A stretch of DNA of 50,259 nt, taken from Chiloscyllium plagiosum. Taxonomy: Eukaryota. The position numbers and the translations under genes were made by a program. The stretch is taken from positions 3,958,379 through 4,008,637 of the forward strand of contig NC_057752.1 in the NCBI RefSeq assembly GCF_004010195.1, read 5' to 3'. The notes under the pieces are model-generated. The model was not told where the DNA came from, searched no databases, and worked only from the letters and a program-made list of their open reading frames with translations. Below are positions 1 through 11,099 of this stretch, in pieces (positions within the stretch are counted from its first letter, which is position 1; every line of letters starts with the position of its first letter).

Positions 1-259
1 GGTGACAATTGGTCCCTTTGTCAGAAACTTAATTCGATGATTGAGCCGTATTTTTCTTAAAACTCAAACCGGCTGTCAGCATTGTAACCATCTGCCTGTG
101 TTTAATGCTCCGACATGACTAACATAAAGATGGACAGTAATTGTGGCAATTTTGCTGATATTTCTAGTTCATTACCAGGTAATATTGTATTATTTGTATA
201 ACATCACAATCATGAGGACTCCGTAGCCATTGAAAGGTGTGTTCTTGGAAAGAATCATG

Positions 260-835
260 GTGAGTAACTCACCTACTGACCCCACCCAGGCCCCCAAAGG
301 CTGTCCACCATCGACAAGGCACAAGTCAGGAGTGTGAGGGAATTTTCCACACACACCTGGATGAGAGCAGCTCCAACAACACTTAAGAAGCTCAACACCA
401 TCCAGGACAAAGCAACCCATTTAACTGATCCTTATCCATCACCTTTAACATTCACTCCCATCACCACTGATGCACAGTGGCAGCAGTGAATACCATCTAC
501 AAGGTTCACTGCAGCACCTCACCCAGCCCCCTTCTTTGACAGCACCTTCCAAACCCACGACCTCTACCAACTTGAAAGACAAGGACAACAAATGCACAGG
601 AACACCACCACCTACAAGTTCCCCTCTAAGCCACACACCATCCTGACTTGGAGCTAAAAGCACTGTTCCTTCACTGTTACTGCCTCAAACATCAAGTCCC
701 TTTCTAACAGCACTGTGTAGGCACCAGCACCGCATGGGCTGATGGGGTTCAAGAAGGCAACTTCAAGGGCAGTTAGGGATGGGCAATAAATGTTGACATA
801 GTCAATTAATTAATAAATTGTAACACATCCCATGA
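260..835 (+). mobile_element. 3' fragment of a CR1-group LINE (family B; tail ...AGGGATGGGCAATAAATG...)
   Basis: Colinear with 19000-19540 and 34500-34750 in this window. Confidence 0.8.
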
Positions 836-972
836 AAAAAAGTTAAGAAAATAATAATCCAAATATCTTGGGGATTGCACTGTAAATTATGTCACTGTGA
901 TCCCTTGCTCCTAGCACCATGGGAATAAATGAGTGAGGCAGGGTCATTAAAAGTATAGTATAATTCACTTAC

Positions 973-1145
973 AACATTATCAGGATGACTTTTGAAATTC
1001 CACTTCTGCTGGTCTGCAATTGTTTCTGTAACAAAGCCCAAAACCCAGATTATCCATCCAGTATAATCTCGGACACACAAAGGCCTGTCCTTTCCCCGAG
1101 TGTTTAGAATTAGTGTAGGAAGAAGTGTTACAAAGATCCAAATAC
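973..1145 (-). CDS. DUF1295 gene, downstream exon, probably exon 4 (GIWIFVTLLPTLILNTRGKDRPLCVRDYTGWIIWVLGFVTETIADQQKWNFKSHPDNV); gene continues left of the window
   Basis: TTTTTAG acceptor and GTAAGT donor; 173 nt, phase 1 to 0. The E-x-x-A-D-x-Q-K motif after two hydrophobic segments is characteristic of DUF1295. Confidence 0.9.
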
Positions 1146-1431
1146 CTAAAAAACAGGAAGAAAACTTCTGTTGAACTGGCACAACTGAACCATTCAAGAG
1201 TCTCTTAGTTACAGCATTTTAGCGCCATCTAATGTTGTTTCACTGTACAGCATTTTTTGTCGTACACTGTAGCCCAGATTACAAATTTGTTTTACAATGC
1301 TGACGTTGTGGGATGGGGAAATGGATCAATTTGTCTGCCTATGTACATTTAAAGGTGAATCCAAGAAAATCAGTAGGAACTGGTATGATCACAACTACAG
1401 TAGTGCAGAGATATGGCTTCTGTGCTATCAT

Positions 1432-2312
1432 CATGCTGCAGCTTTACAAAACTCTAGTGCGGCCGCACTTGGAGTGTTGCGTACAGTTCTGGTCACTGCA
1501 TTATAGGAAGGATGTGGAAGCTTTGAAAGAGTACAGTGGAGATTTACTAGGATGTTGCCTGGTATGGAGGGAAGGTCTTATGAGGAAAGGCTGAGGGACT
1601 TGAGGATGTTTTTGTTAGAGAGAAGGTTGAGAGGTGATTTAATTGAAACATATAAGATAATCAGAGGGTTAGATAGGGTGGACAGTGAGAGCCTTTTTCC
1701 TCGGATGGTGATGGCTAGCACAAGGGGACATAGCTTTAAATTGAGAGGTGATAGATATCATAGAATCCCTACAGTGCGGAAACAGGGCCTTCGGCCCAGC
1801 AAGTCCACGCTGACCCTCTGAAGAGAATCCCACCCAAACCTATTCCTCATGACTCTACATCTCCCCTAGCTAATGCACATAACCTACACATCCCTGAACA
1901 CTATGGGCAATTTAGCTTGGCCAATTCACCTAACCTGCACATCTTTGGATTGTGGGAGGAAACCGGAGCACCCGGAGGAAACCCACACAGACACGGGGAG
2001 AATGTGCAACCTCCACACAGTCGCCCAAGGGTGGAATCGAACCTGGGTCTCTGGTGCTGTAAGGCAGCAGTGCTAACCACTGAGCCCATAGGACAGATGT
2101 CAGAGGTAGTTTCTTAACTTAGAGAGTAGTAGGGGTGTGGAATGCCCTGCCTGAACAGTAGTAGATTCGCCAACTTTAAGGGCATTTAAATGGTCATTGG
2201 ATTAACATATGGATGAAAATGGAATAGTGTAGGTTAAATGGGCTTCAGATTGGTTCCACAGGTCAGCGCAACATTGAGGGCCGAAGGGCCTGTACCATGC
2301 TGTAATGTTCTA
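1432..2312 (+). mobile_element. 5'-truncated CR1/HER1-type LINE (family A), split by an HE1 SINE
   Basis: Translates to LYKTLVRPHLECCVQFWS, YEERLRDL and RGDLIETYK (CR1 ORF2 C-terminus); resumes at about 2088 after the SINE. Confidence 0.9.
1759..2087 (-). mobile_element. HE1-type V-SINE (tRNA-derived)
   Basis: Head GCTCAGTGGTTAGCAC...GGTTCGATTCC (A/B boxes), conserved central domain, and a CR1-like tail GGGCCGAAGGCCCTGTTTCC. Multiple copies in this window. Confidence 0.88.
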
Positions 2313-2437
2313 TGTACATTAACTCATGTGTTCTGCATACGACTACTACCATACAAATAATGCATCTCCAGATGGGAATACTATTAAATTTTCCTTTTTG
2401 GACTCAACAATATTTCTGCCCTGCTACTTACCAGCAT

Positions 2438-3173
2438 AAAAATCACACAACACCAAGTTATAGTCTAACAGGTTTATATGGAAGTACTAACAAACCTAGA
2501 ACAAACTTAACAGCAATCTCAGTTTGTTCAATATATCGTATCAATTGCATGCACGACATTGTGATCTTTTGCTATAAATTCTGTGTCTTATGATCCTGCT
2601 CCACAGCTATTGTTGTGGAAGAATTACTCAATGTTCTATAAAATAATTACCAGGAGGCGCAGAAAATAGTCCATGAAATTAAACTTTAATCTTGCAAAAT
2701 CGAAGCTGTGGGAGCCAGCAAAATGTCTTCCCTGACTCCTCAAAACAACTTGTTCTTGTGCTACTTATACAGTTGTTCTTCCTGCGCTTTTCAGATAACA
2801 TTAGCATAACCCTCATGCTGGCTTGTTTTGTCTTTCTAAACTAATCACCGTCTGCTACGCTGGTTCCCTCCATCACACTTAACGTATCATAGCACAACAC
2901 CATCATCTTCAGCATTAGCTCATCTCCCAGTGATTTAACTAACCTATCACAATGCACTATCATTACCTGTTACTGGAGCCCTGTAACATGATCCTGAGCA
3001 TACATTGCAACACTAAGTTAACTACATTACTGCCGTAGTAACTTCCATACTACCTGATGAAGGAGCAGTGCTCAGAAAGCTAGTACTTCCAAATAAACCT
3101 GTTGGACTATAACCTGGTGTTGTGTGATTTTTAACTTTGTCCACCCCAGTCCAACACCAGCACTTCCACATCA
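2438..3173 (+). mobile_element. Penelope-like fold-back element (family 1) carrying a nested solo LTR; 13-bp TSD
   Basis: Inverted termini AAAATCACACAACACC... / ...GGTGTTGTGTGATTTT. TACTTACCAGCAT is repeated at 2425-2437 and 3174-3186. Hammerhead core at 3051-3085. Confidence 0.8.
2611..3049 (-). mobile_element. Probable solo LTR (439 bp)
   Basis: Interrupts the host between CAGCTA(C) and CTACCTGATGA; 4-bp TSD CTAT/CTAC. Near-terminal inverted match TGTGGAAG / CTTCCATA. On the minus strand, GTATAAG precedes ATTAAA. Confidence 0.65.
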
Positions 3174-3424
3174 TACTTACCAGCATGACCAAGCGATAAA
3201 CTGGATTTCAATTGGCAATTGGCTTGGAGATCAGAAGTCTCTGCTCTTGCTGAAACAATGCCAGGGGATTTGCAATGATTACCAGTTGGAAGAAAGAAAA
3301 TCTATGGGTACTTGTAGTTGACAACCTTGCTTAAAGAATCAACTTATACTGTTTTGGAGTCCAGGGAAAGTCTGATTTTTGTTAAAATAGGAGTTGTGAG
3401 GTAAGTTAACCCAGAGGTGCTAAT

Positions 3425-3870
3425 CATATCCTAACTCTAATCATGTCTTGCTCATCCATCACCCTGTCCTTGCGGATCTACAGCAGTTCCTAGTCTGGCA
3501 ATGCTGTATTTGAAAATTCTCATCCTCATATTCAAATTCTTTCATGACCTTGCTCTGTTTGTCTAAATTCTTCCAGTTGTCACAGCTCTCAGATATCTCG
3601 GCACTTGTTCAATTTTAGTCGCTTGCACATCCCCAATTTTAATCGCTCGACCATTGGTAGTTGGACCTTCAGCTGCCTCACTACTGAGCTCTGAAATTGC
3701 TTCCTGAAATCTCTCCAACTCTCAATCCCCTCCTTTTAAGACCCTTCTTAAAACCAATCTCTTTGGTCAAGCTTTTGGTCACCTGTCTCATTATCTCCTT
3801 TAGTGACTCAGTGTCAAATTTCTTCATAAATATTTTTGTGAGGTACCTTGGCATGTTTTAATACGCATAG
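3425..3870 (+). mobile_element. Old L2-type LINE 3' end
   Basis: Decayed ORF2 end (...FKILILIFK...LKTNLFGQAF) plus tail; related copies at about 17000-17170 (-) and 48085-48370 (+). Confidence 0.6.
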
Positions 3871-4017
3871 TGGTAGGCTTAAAATTGATATCTTCAAACT
3901 TGACTATTAAGGGTTAATTGTCATGGCAATGAGCAATTGAAGGAAAGTGGAAAAAGTACAACAAAACAGGCCTAATGCAACAATAGCCGGTTTTGACTGG
4001 GAGGTAACATCGAATTG

Positions 4018-4146
4018 GGCGAAAGTGAGGACTGCAAATGTTGGAGATTAGAGTCAAGATTAGAGTGGTGCTGGGAAAGCACAGCAGGTCAGGCCGCATC
4101 CAAGGAGCAGGAAAATCGATGTTTCAGGCAAAAGCCCTTCATCAGC
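4018..4146 (-). mobile_element. 129-bp Penelope-like terminal fragment (family 2) with a 16-bp TSD and a hammerhead motif
   Basis: AGGTAACA(T/C)CGAATTG at 4002-4017 and 4147-4162. Minus strand begins gCTGATGAAGGGCTTTTGCCTGAAACATCGA. Confidence 0.85.
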
Positions 4147-4574
4147 AGGTAACACCGAATTGTCTATGAGATTTGTCTTGTTGTGTAGTTACATAGGGCC
4201 ACCTGGATTTGTTTCTCAGCTTGTTTTGAAACTTGGAAAAGTACTACAGTCATTACAAAATGGGGATTCAGCACGTAATCTTAGACTCAGAATAGTATTA
4301 ATATCAAGGACTTTGCCCCACTCATCATCAGGTTGTGGTTTTCAATATCAGTGCCATGAAATCTGAGACAGAGCTCTGAGTGATATCATCACCAAAGTCT
4401 CCAATGGGTAGAAGGCAATGTGAGACAGACTTGCTTGTATAGATATGTATGTCATGGAGTTTAACTGATAGATAACATGCAAACTAACAAGTGAATCTAA
4501 CATTTGAGCTAAGAGTCATACAGCATGGAAATAGACCCTTCAGTCCAACTAGTCCATGCCCAGTAGATTAAGCT

Positions 4575-4805
4575 CATAGAACATTGAACAGTACAGCACA
4601 GAACAGGCCCTTCAGCCCACGATGTTGTGCCGACCACTGATCCTCATGTATGCACCCTCAAATTTCTGTGACCATATGCATGTCCAGTAGTCTCTTAAAT
4701 GTCCCCAATGACCTTGCTTCCACAACTGCTGCTGGCAACGCATTCCATGCTCTCACAACTCTCTGCGTAAAGAACCAACCTCTGATGTCTCCTTTATACT
4801 TTCCT
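4575..4805 (-). mobile_element. CR1 family-A 3' end
   Basis: Translates to FFTQRVVRAWNALPAAVVEA...FKRLLD. Confidence 0.88.
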
Positions 4806-4808
4806 CCT

Positions 4809-5090
4809 AAACACAAACACACACACACCTCTCCCCACACACAGACACACCACACACAAACACACACACACCTCTCCCCACACACAGACACACCACACAC
4901 AAACACACACACACCTCTCCCCAGACACAGACACACCACACACAAACACACACACACCTCTCCCCACACACAGACACACCACACACAAACACACACACAC
5001 TCACAGACACACCACACACAAACACACACACACCTCTCCCCACACACAGACACAAAACAGACAGACACCCCACACACACACACACACACA
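4809..5090. repeat. 43-bp-period minisatellite built from (CA)n
   Basis: CCTCTCCCC recurs at 4828, 4871, 4914 and 4957 (period 43), and again at about 5033. Confidence 0.9.
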
Positions 5091-5434
5091 GCGTCTTAGA
5101 ATAAGAGATCAGCCATTTTGAAGTGAGATGAGGGGAGATTTCTTCACTCAATGGCTTGTGAAACTTGAGAATTCTGCACTTGTGATGCTCCGCCATTGAC
5201 TGTATTTGGACTGGGACGGACAAGGTCAGAAGTCACATGACACCAGGTTATAGTCCAACAGGTTCATTTGAAATCACAAGCTTTCAGAGCGCTGCTCCTT
5301 TGTCTTAACTTCACCTAAACTGTGACTTCTGAGCTTGATGATAGTTAAGGCAGAGATTGATAAGATTTTTGTGCCCGGAGGGAGTTGAGAAATATAGGAT
5401 TGGGTGAGAAAGTGGAGCTAGGATTAAGCTGTTT

Positions 5435-5640
5435 GATTGTTTGTGGATTTTGGGAAGGAGGTAGAAGTGAGCTGTGCAGGGATGGGAGACGATGGGCTTG
5501 GAGCTAGTGGGGGATAGATCACTGGACGCACTAAGGTTAGTGACTATTGTGGATACAATGGTCTGATGTTCCATGGGTGGGTCATGGTCTGGGGGTGCAA
5601 GGAGGAGGTTGCTGAGAGCTGGCAGACAGCCTCTGCAATG
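5435..5640 (-). mobile_element. Penelope-like reverse transcriptase fragment
   Basis: Translation includes PCTAHFYLLPKIHK, the YxLPKIHK motif typical of PLE RTs. Confidence 0.8.
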
Positions 5641-5842
5641 TACATGTAACCTGTGCCAAATGAGATCCGGAAATTCAGCACAGACCAGGGCTTGAAACTG
5701 GCGTTCATCACACTACATGGGTATATTTCCCAACTGCCCGATGGGGAGTAGAAATTCTCAATAACAAAGAAAGCTTCCGGTTACAAAATGACTGCAGGTC
5801 ATAAGGTCACAGGTTGTCCTGCTGTTTCGTTAGGGGAGGTGA

Positions 5843-6100
5843 ATGGCCCAGTGGGAGCATCGCTTGACTATTAGTCCAGGGACCGATGTAATGTTCTGGG
5901 TTCGAATCCCACCATGGCAGATTGAATTCAGTAGGAAAAGCCTGGAATTAAGAATCTAATGATGACGACAAAACTGTTACTGATTGTTGGGGAAAATCCC
6001 CTGGGTTCACTCATGTCCTTCAGGGAAGGAAATCAGCCATCCTTACCTGGTCTGGCCTACATGTGACTCCAGACTCTCAACAATGAGACTGACGTTTAAG
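5843..6100 (+). mobile_element. Second tRNA-derived SINE family
   Basis: B-box GGGTTCGAATCCC. The core GGTTCACTCATGTCCTTCAGGGAAGGAAATC...TGGCCTACATGTGACTCCAG recurs, diverged, at about 15490-15560 (-), 17380-17455 (-) and 37915-37945 (+). Confidence 0.7.
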
Positions 6101-6718
6101 GGTGGCATAGTGGCTCAGTGGTGAGCACTGCTGCCTCACAGCACCAGGGACCCGGGTTTGATTCCTGCCTCTGGCGACTGTCTGTGTGGAGTTTGCACAT
6201 TCTCCCCGTGTCTGCGTGGGTTTACCTCTGGTTTCGTCCCACAATTCAAAGATTAGATTGCCTACAGTGTGGACACAGGCCCTTCGGCCCAACAAGTCAA
6301 CACCGACCCTCCAAAGAGAAATCCACTCCCTTATATTTTACCCCTGACTAATCCACCTAACACCATGGGCAATTTAGCATGGCCAGCTCACCTGACCTGC
6401 ACATCTTTGGACTGTGGGAGAAAACCGGAGCACCCGGACGAAACCCACGCAGACACGGGGAGAATGTGCAAACTCCACACAGTGTGGAGTTGCCCGAGGC
6501 GGGAATCGAACCCGGGTCCCTGGCGCTGTGAGGCAGCAGTGCTAACCACTGAGCCACTGTGCTGTGCAGGTCAGGTAAATTGGCCATGCTAAATTGCCCA
6601 TAGCGTTAGGTGCATTAGCTAGAGGGAAATGGGTCTGGGTGGGTTACACTTTGGAGAATCGGTGTGGACTGGTTGGGCCGAAGGGCCTGTTTCCACACTG
6701 TAGGGAATCGAATCGAAT
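6101..6718 (+). mobile_element. HE1-type SINE (+) containing a second HE1 SINE in antisense at about 6253-6562
   Basis: Host reads ...CAAAGA|TGTGCAGGTCAGG across the insertion; the inner copy has both head and tail on the minus strand. Confidence 0.88.
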
Positions 6719-7683
6719 ACGGATTGGCTGTAATGCGACTGACAAAGAGGGGGTGCTGTTTCTAAAGTGCGCCCTTGTAAAACGTGTGTAGGCTGTGATG
6801 CAATTGCGTCGCCAATGCTTTCAGCGTTGTTTCTTTTGCGCGATTTTTATATCGCGCGGTCGCACAGGACGGCAACCATCACGTTATCGAAGAACAGCCT
6901 GTGTAGGAACAAAAATAGACCATTCAGCACGACCCTGCTGTCACATTCAGTGCAGCACAACAATTCCAGTTCAAAAGCAGGAAAGTGTAGGTTTTATTTT
7001 AAATTTGGGGTACCCCTGCGGGCTGTGAAAAGCACTATACAGATGTAAACCTTTCCTGAGCCTGCAACTTCCAGCAGACTGTGTACCAATGAACAGTGTG
7101 TGTCCATGCAACTATCTTGACAAAAGTTGCACTCAGTGAATAAAGTCAAACTGAAGTGGAGAGGGGAGGAAGGTTTTTTTAAAATTCAACCTGTTATGGA
7201 CCACCCCCAGGGCCGGTGAAAATATCTTTTAAACTAACCCCTCCAAAAATGTAATTGTACGCTACAGGCAGGGAGTGGGCTTGAACCCAGTAGCTCAGGG
7301 GTAGTAAAACGACTAACATACCACAAGAGCCCTTAAGCTCCTGTATAGCTTCAAAAGGATCTTGAACAGATTCGCCCTTGGGTGTACACATTGTAATTTT
7401 GACCTCAATGTCACCCTGCTTATTAAATCTAAGGGAAACAGTTTTTTTTTTAAAACCGTTTGAATGAGGGGATGCTGTGCAAAATGAATAGGTTTCAGGT
7501 AAGGATGAAGCAGCTGTCTCTGCATCAGCGGCCTGGAATCTTTGCACGTCTTTGCGCTGAGCAGGGTGACATTCTCTGATGGCTCCCGCCAAGCAAACGA
7601 TGCCAGACCTGAGGCAGCGTCGGTGTGTGTATGTGTGTGTGTCTGTGTGTGTGTGTGTGTCTGTGACTGTGTGTGTGTGTGCC

Positions 7684-8302
7684 NNNNNNNNNNNNNNNNN
7701 NNNNNNNNNNNNNNNNNNNNNNNNNNNNNNNNNNNNNNNNNNNNNNNNNNNNNNNNNNNNNNNNNNNNNNNNNNNNNNNNNNNNNNNNNNNNNNNNNNNN
7801 NNNNNNNNNNNNNNNNNNNNNNNNNNNNNNNNNNNNNNNNNNNNNNNNNNNNNNNNNNNNNNNNNNNNNNNNNNNNNNNNNNNNNNNNNNNNNNNNNNNN
7901 NNNNNNNNNNNNNNNNNNNNNNNNNNNNNNNNNNNNNNNNNNNNNNNNNNNNNNNNNNNNNNNNNNNNNNNNNNNNNNNNNNNNNNNNNNNNNNNNNNNN
8001 NNNNNNNNNNNNNNNNNNNNNNNNNNNNNNNNNNNNNNNNNNNNNNNNNNNNNNNNNNNNNNNNNNNNNNNNNNNNNNNNNNNNNNNNNNNNNNNNNNNN
8101 NNNNNNNNNNNNNNNNNNNNNNNNNNNNNNNNNNNNNNNNNNNNNNNNNNNNNNNNNNNNNNNNNNNNNNNNNNNNNNNNNNNNNNNNNNNNNNNNNNNN
8201 NNNNNNNNNNNNNNNNNNNNNNNNNNNNNNNNNNNNNNNNNNNNNNNNNNNNNNNNNNNNNNNNNNNNNNNNNNNNNNNNNNNNNNNNNNNNNNNNNNNN
8301 NN
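7684..8302. other. Assembly gap (619 N) flanked by (GT)n-rich microsatellite
   Basis: N run; GT-rich flanks at about 7623-7680 and 8303-8410. Confidence 0.99.
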
Positions 8303-8559
8303 GTGTGTGTGTGTGTGTGCATGTGAGAGAGTGTGTGGGGATGTTTGTGTGTCTGTGTGTGTTTATTTCTGTGTGTGTCTGTGTGTGTCGGTGTGTGTCT
8401 GTGTGTGTGTGGGGGCGTGGGAAGGAGAAGTGCAAAAATGAATCTTGTCTTTGCGAAGTGACATCTCAAAGGAGCTTTCGGCTTGATATACTGAAATTGG
8501 AGATAGCGAGGACTGCAGATACCAGAAAGTCAGAGTCGATAAAGCTGATTCAGATTGCT

Positions 8560-8855
8560 CAGTAAGATTCTTGACAGTGAAGATGAGCAGAGAGATCTTG
8601 GTGTCCATGTACAAAGATCCATGAAAGTTGCCACCCAGGATGGTTGAGTTGTTAAGAAGGCATACGGTGTGTTAGCTTTTATTGGTAGAGAGATTGAGTT
8701 TCGGAGCCATGAGGTCATGTTGCAGCTGTACAAAAGCCTGGTGCGGCCGCACTTGGAGTATTGCGTACAGTTCTGGTCACTGCATTATAGGGAGGATGTG
8801 GAAGCATTGGAAAGGGTGCAGAGGAGATTTATCAGGATGCTGCCTGGTATGGAGG
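8560..8855 (+). mobile_element. CR1 family-A ORF2 fragment
   Basis: LYKSLVRPHLEYCVQFWS...LERVQRRFIRMLPG. Confidence 0.9.
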
Positions 8856-9204
8856 GATGGGAAGGAAGGTGAGATCAGGTCAAGATGGGTTCGGGGATGC
8901 GGTGATGGAGGGCTGGACCTGGGATGAGATGCTGGGGAGATTTGGAAGCTGGTGAATTCGACATCGAGCTCCTGAGGCGGAAGATAAGATGTGTTCTTCC
9001 TTCAGTCCGGCCTAATTTTGGCAGTGGGAGAGGCCCAGGATGGATGTGTCATTGTGTTTCGGGAGGGGAGGTGAAGTGGGAAGACTCTCCCTTCAGTGCA
9101 TTCAGCACTCAAAATTGCGCCTTTTTTTAAGAGTCGGTTTAAAAAGACATATTTTAGCACCTTCCCAAATCCCTGATATGTGGGGCAATTTGACTAAAAT
9201 AGAG

Positions 9205-9655
9205 GGAAAGACAGAAACTGCTGGTGGAACTCAGCAGGTCTGGCTGTATCTGTTGGAAGAAAGCAGAGTTACCATTTTGAGACCGGTGACTCTTCATCAG
9301 AATGAGATATGGAAGGGGGAGGGAAACAAGGAGATTAAGGACAGAAAAAAAGCCGAATAAGTGATAACAAGAGCTCAGGGTAGGAGAGAATGGGTGAGCT
9401 GTACTGAATGTGACCCATCGAATGGGCCCAGGAGTAGGTGAGAATGGCTGACAGTGCTAAAAGCAACCTGATGGACTGGGTGTGGGGGTGAGTAAGTAAC
9501 ACGAAAGGATGGAATCACGCTGTAACGTTACTGAACTAAATGTTGAATCCTAGAGGGTGCAGGATCCCCAAGTGGAAAATGAGATGTTGTTCTTCCAGCT
9601 CATGCTGAGGCTCAATGGAACACTGCAGCAGGCCTAGGACAGGAATGTTGGTGTG
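9205..9655 (-). mobile_element. Penelope-like 3' region
   Basis: Minus strand encodes LEEQHLIFHLG (PLE ORF end) and carries a decayed hammerhead (CTGATGAAGAGTCACCGGTCTCAAAA) at about 9265-9302. Confidence 0.7.
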
Positions 9656-9749
9656 GGAACACTGCAGCAGGCCTAGGACAGGAATGTTGGTGTGGGAACA
9701 CTGCAGCAGGCCTAGGACAGGAATGTTGGTGTGGGAACACTGCAGCAGG
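9617..9749. repeat. Perfect 39-bp tandem repeat (3.4 copies) followed by (TC)n
   Basis: GGAACACTGCAGCAGGCCTAGGACAGGAATGTTGGTGTG starts at 9617, 9656, 9695 and 9734 (partial). Confidence 0.95.
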
Positions 9750-9751
9750 TC

Positions 9752-9786
<35 letters not shown>

Positions 9787-9924
9787 TTTGGTTCCATCTC
9801 CAACTATTTGTTCAGCTCTCCCACTGTGTCCCCCACCTACCCTAACTTCGGCTTTAGCAATGTAAACTGGAACAACTCTGAGATACCCACACCCCTCTTG
9901 AACGTCCATCCTTTCTCCTGATCC

Positions 9925-10065
9925 CACCACTTGTTGTGCCTGCACCATCCCTTCTGACCTCCCGCTCTCTGATGCTGAACATTCTGTACTCAGCAAGGGT
10001 CTTAGTTTTATCCCTCTGTACCCCCACCTCAATGGATTTTGCGCACGATTAACATCAAACTCTTC
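9925..10065 (+). mobile_element. Penelope-like ORF N-terminal fragment
   Basis: Translates to LSDAEHSVLSKGLSFIP (the PLE 'L..GL.F.P' motif). Confidence 0.65.
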
Positions 10066-10312
10066 CTGTCAAGTTGGGAGCAGGTCACTCCTTTGCCAAC
10101 TTAGCCAGTGCCAATAGTTGGAAAAGTGCAGGCAAGAAAACAGCTTGGATAAAAAATTTAATGCCAAACAAATGCCAGCTTTTGAAAAATGTTCTTATAA
10201 GTATGAATCAATCCAGTTTCTTAATCAACCTGGAATACTTTTGGAGTCAAAACAAAGCATGCAGATACCAGCTCAAGTTTATCTGCTGAATCCTGCTCTT
10301 CTGCATTCTCAC

Positions 10313-10418
10313 CTCAAGCCCCACACGGTTACCAAGGTGCTCTGTATTTTCTGTCGGTGGTAGCTGGTGCCATTCCACCTGTAACTCAGGTGAGTCAAGA
10401 AGATGAATGTCCCTGACC
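10313..10418 (-). CDS. DUF1295 gene, coding exon 2 (GSGTFIFLTHLSYRWNGTSYHRQKIQSTLVTVWGLR)
   Basis: TTTACAG acceptor and GTGAGA donor; 106 nt, phase 1 to 2; open frame ending in the family WGLR motif. Confidence 0.9.
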
Positions 10419-11099
10419 CTGTAAACAGGTGAACTGTATGTTACAGAATGGAAATGCAAAATGTGAAACAGATATTTAAAAAGGAGAAACACAGGGAATA
10501 GCCTGCAGATGCTTTGTGATTTGAGCAAGAGAATGGAAAAGTCCACTTCAACATTGAGATTTGTTCTTTATTAGTGTCTGTTCATTTTTCTTCAAAATTG
10601 TAACTGAGAATTGAGTTGCATACTGTTTAAGTTTATCCTCTACACAGCAGTATCCTCATACCATGTACCTGCTCTCTTCCCATATCTTCTTTCCTTCAAC
10701 TACTGATCTAACCTATCCTTTAAACATCAATATACAATCTTACAGAACAGCTGGATTCAGTCTGTCATCCCCATCCTTAGCGTGGCCATCCATTTAGTCC
10801 TACTTCCCTGCAGTTATCCCCCAAGAGCTCTTCCCTCTTTTCCCCATTAAGTGTAATCCAAGTCCCTTTTAAAAGTTACCATCTAAACTGCTGCCACTGC
10901 CCTTTTGGACTGTGCGTTTCAGATCAAAGCCACCTCCTGGGTGAAAAAGAAATCTAATTTCTGTTATTGATTCTTTCACCATAATTTTGTCTTCAATTAG
11001 TAACTCTTCCTTGCTGCAGCCTAAAATCCTATACCTTTGCACCTTGGTTCCAAGCCACAGTCCCATACATAATTGAAAACTGCTAAATCATCCCATATG

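Noticed and set aside
4650..5223. His/Thr-rich and Cys/Val-rich ORFs
   Set aside because: Translations of the CA minisatellite plus a CR1 tail.
6101..6175. tRNA genes at A/B-box-containing heads (also about 5843, 18435, 20402, 22279, 45670)
   Set aside because: They are SINE heads that continue into SINE bodies or recur as dispersed repeats; no complete cloverleaf was seen.
7194..8565. Long ORFs in the track spanning N runs (also 14261-15227, 40565-40924, 41126-41755)
   Set aside because: Artefacts of translating N runs and (GT)n microsatellites.
9617..9749. 39-bp direct repeats as a CRISPR array
   Set aside because: The units are head-to-tail with no spacers, derive from the adjacent retroelement, and lie in a vertebrate genome with no cas genes.
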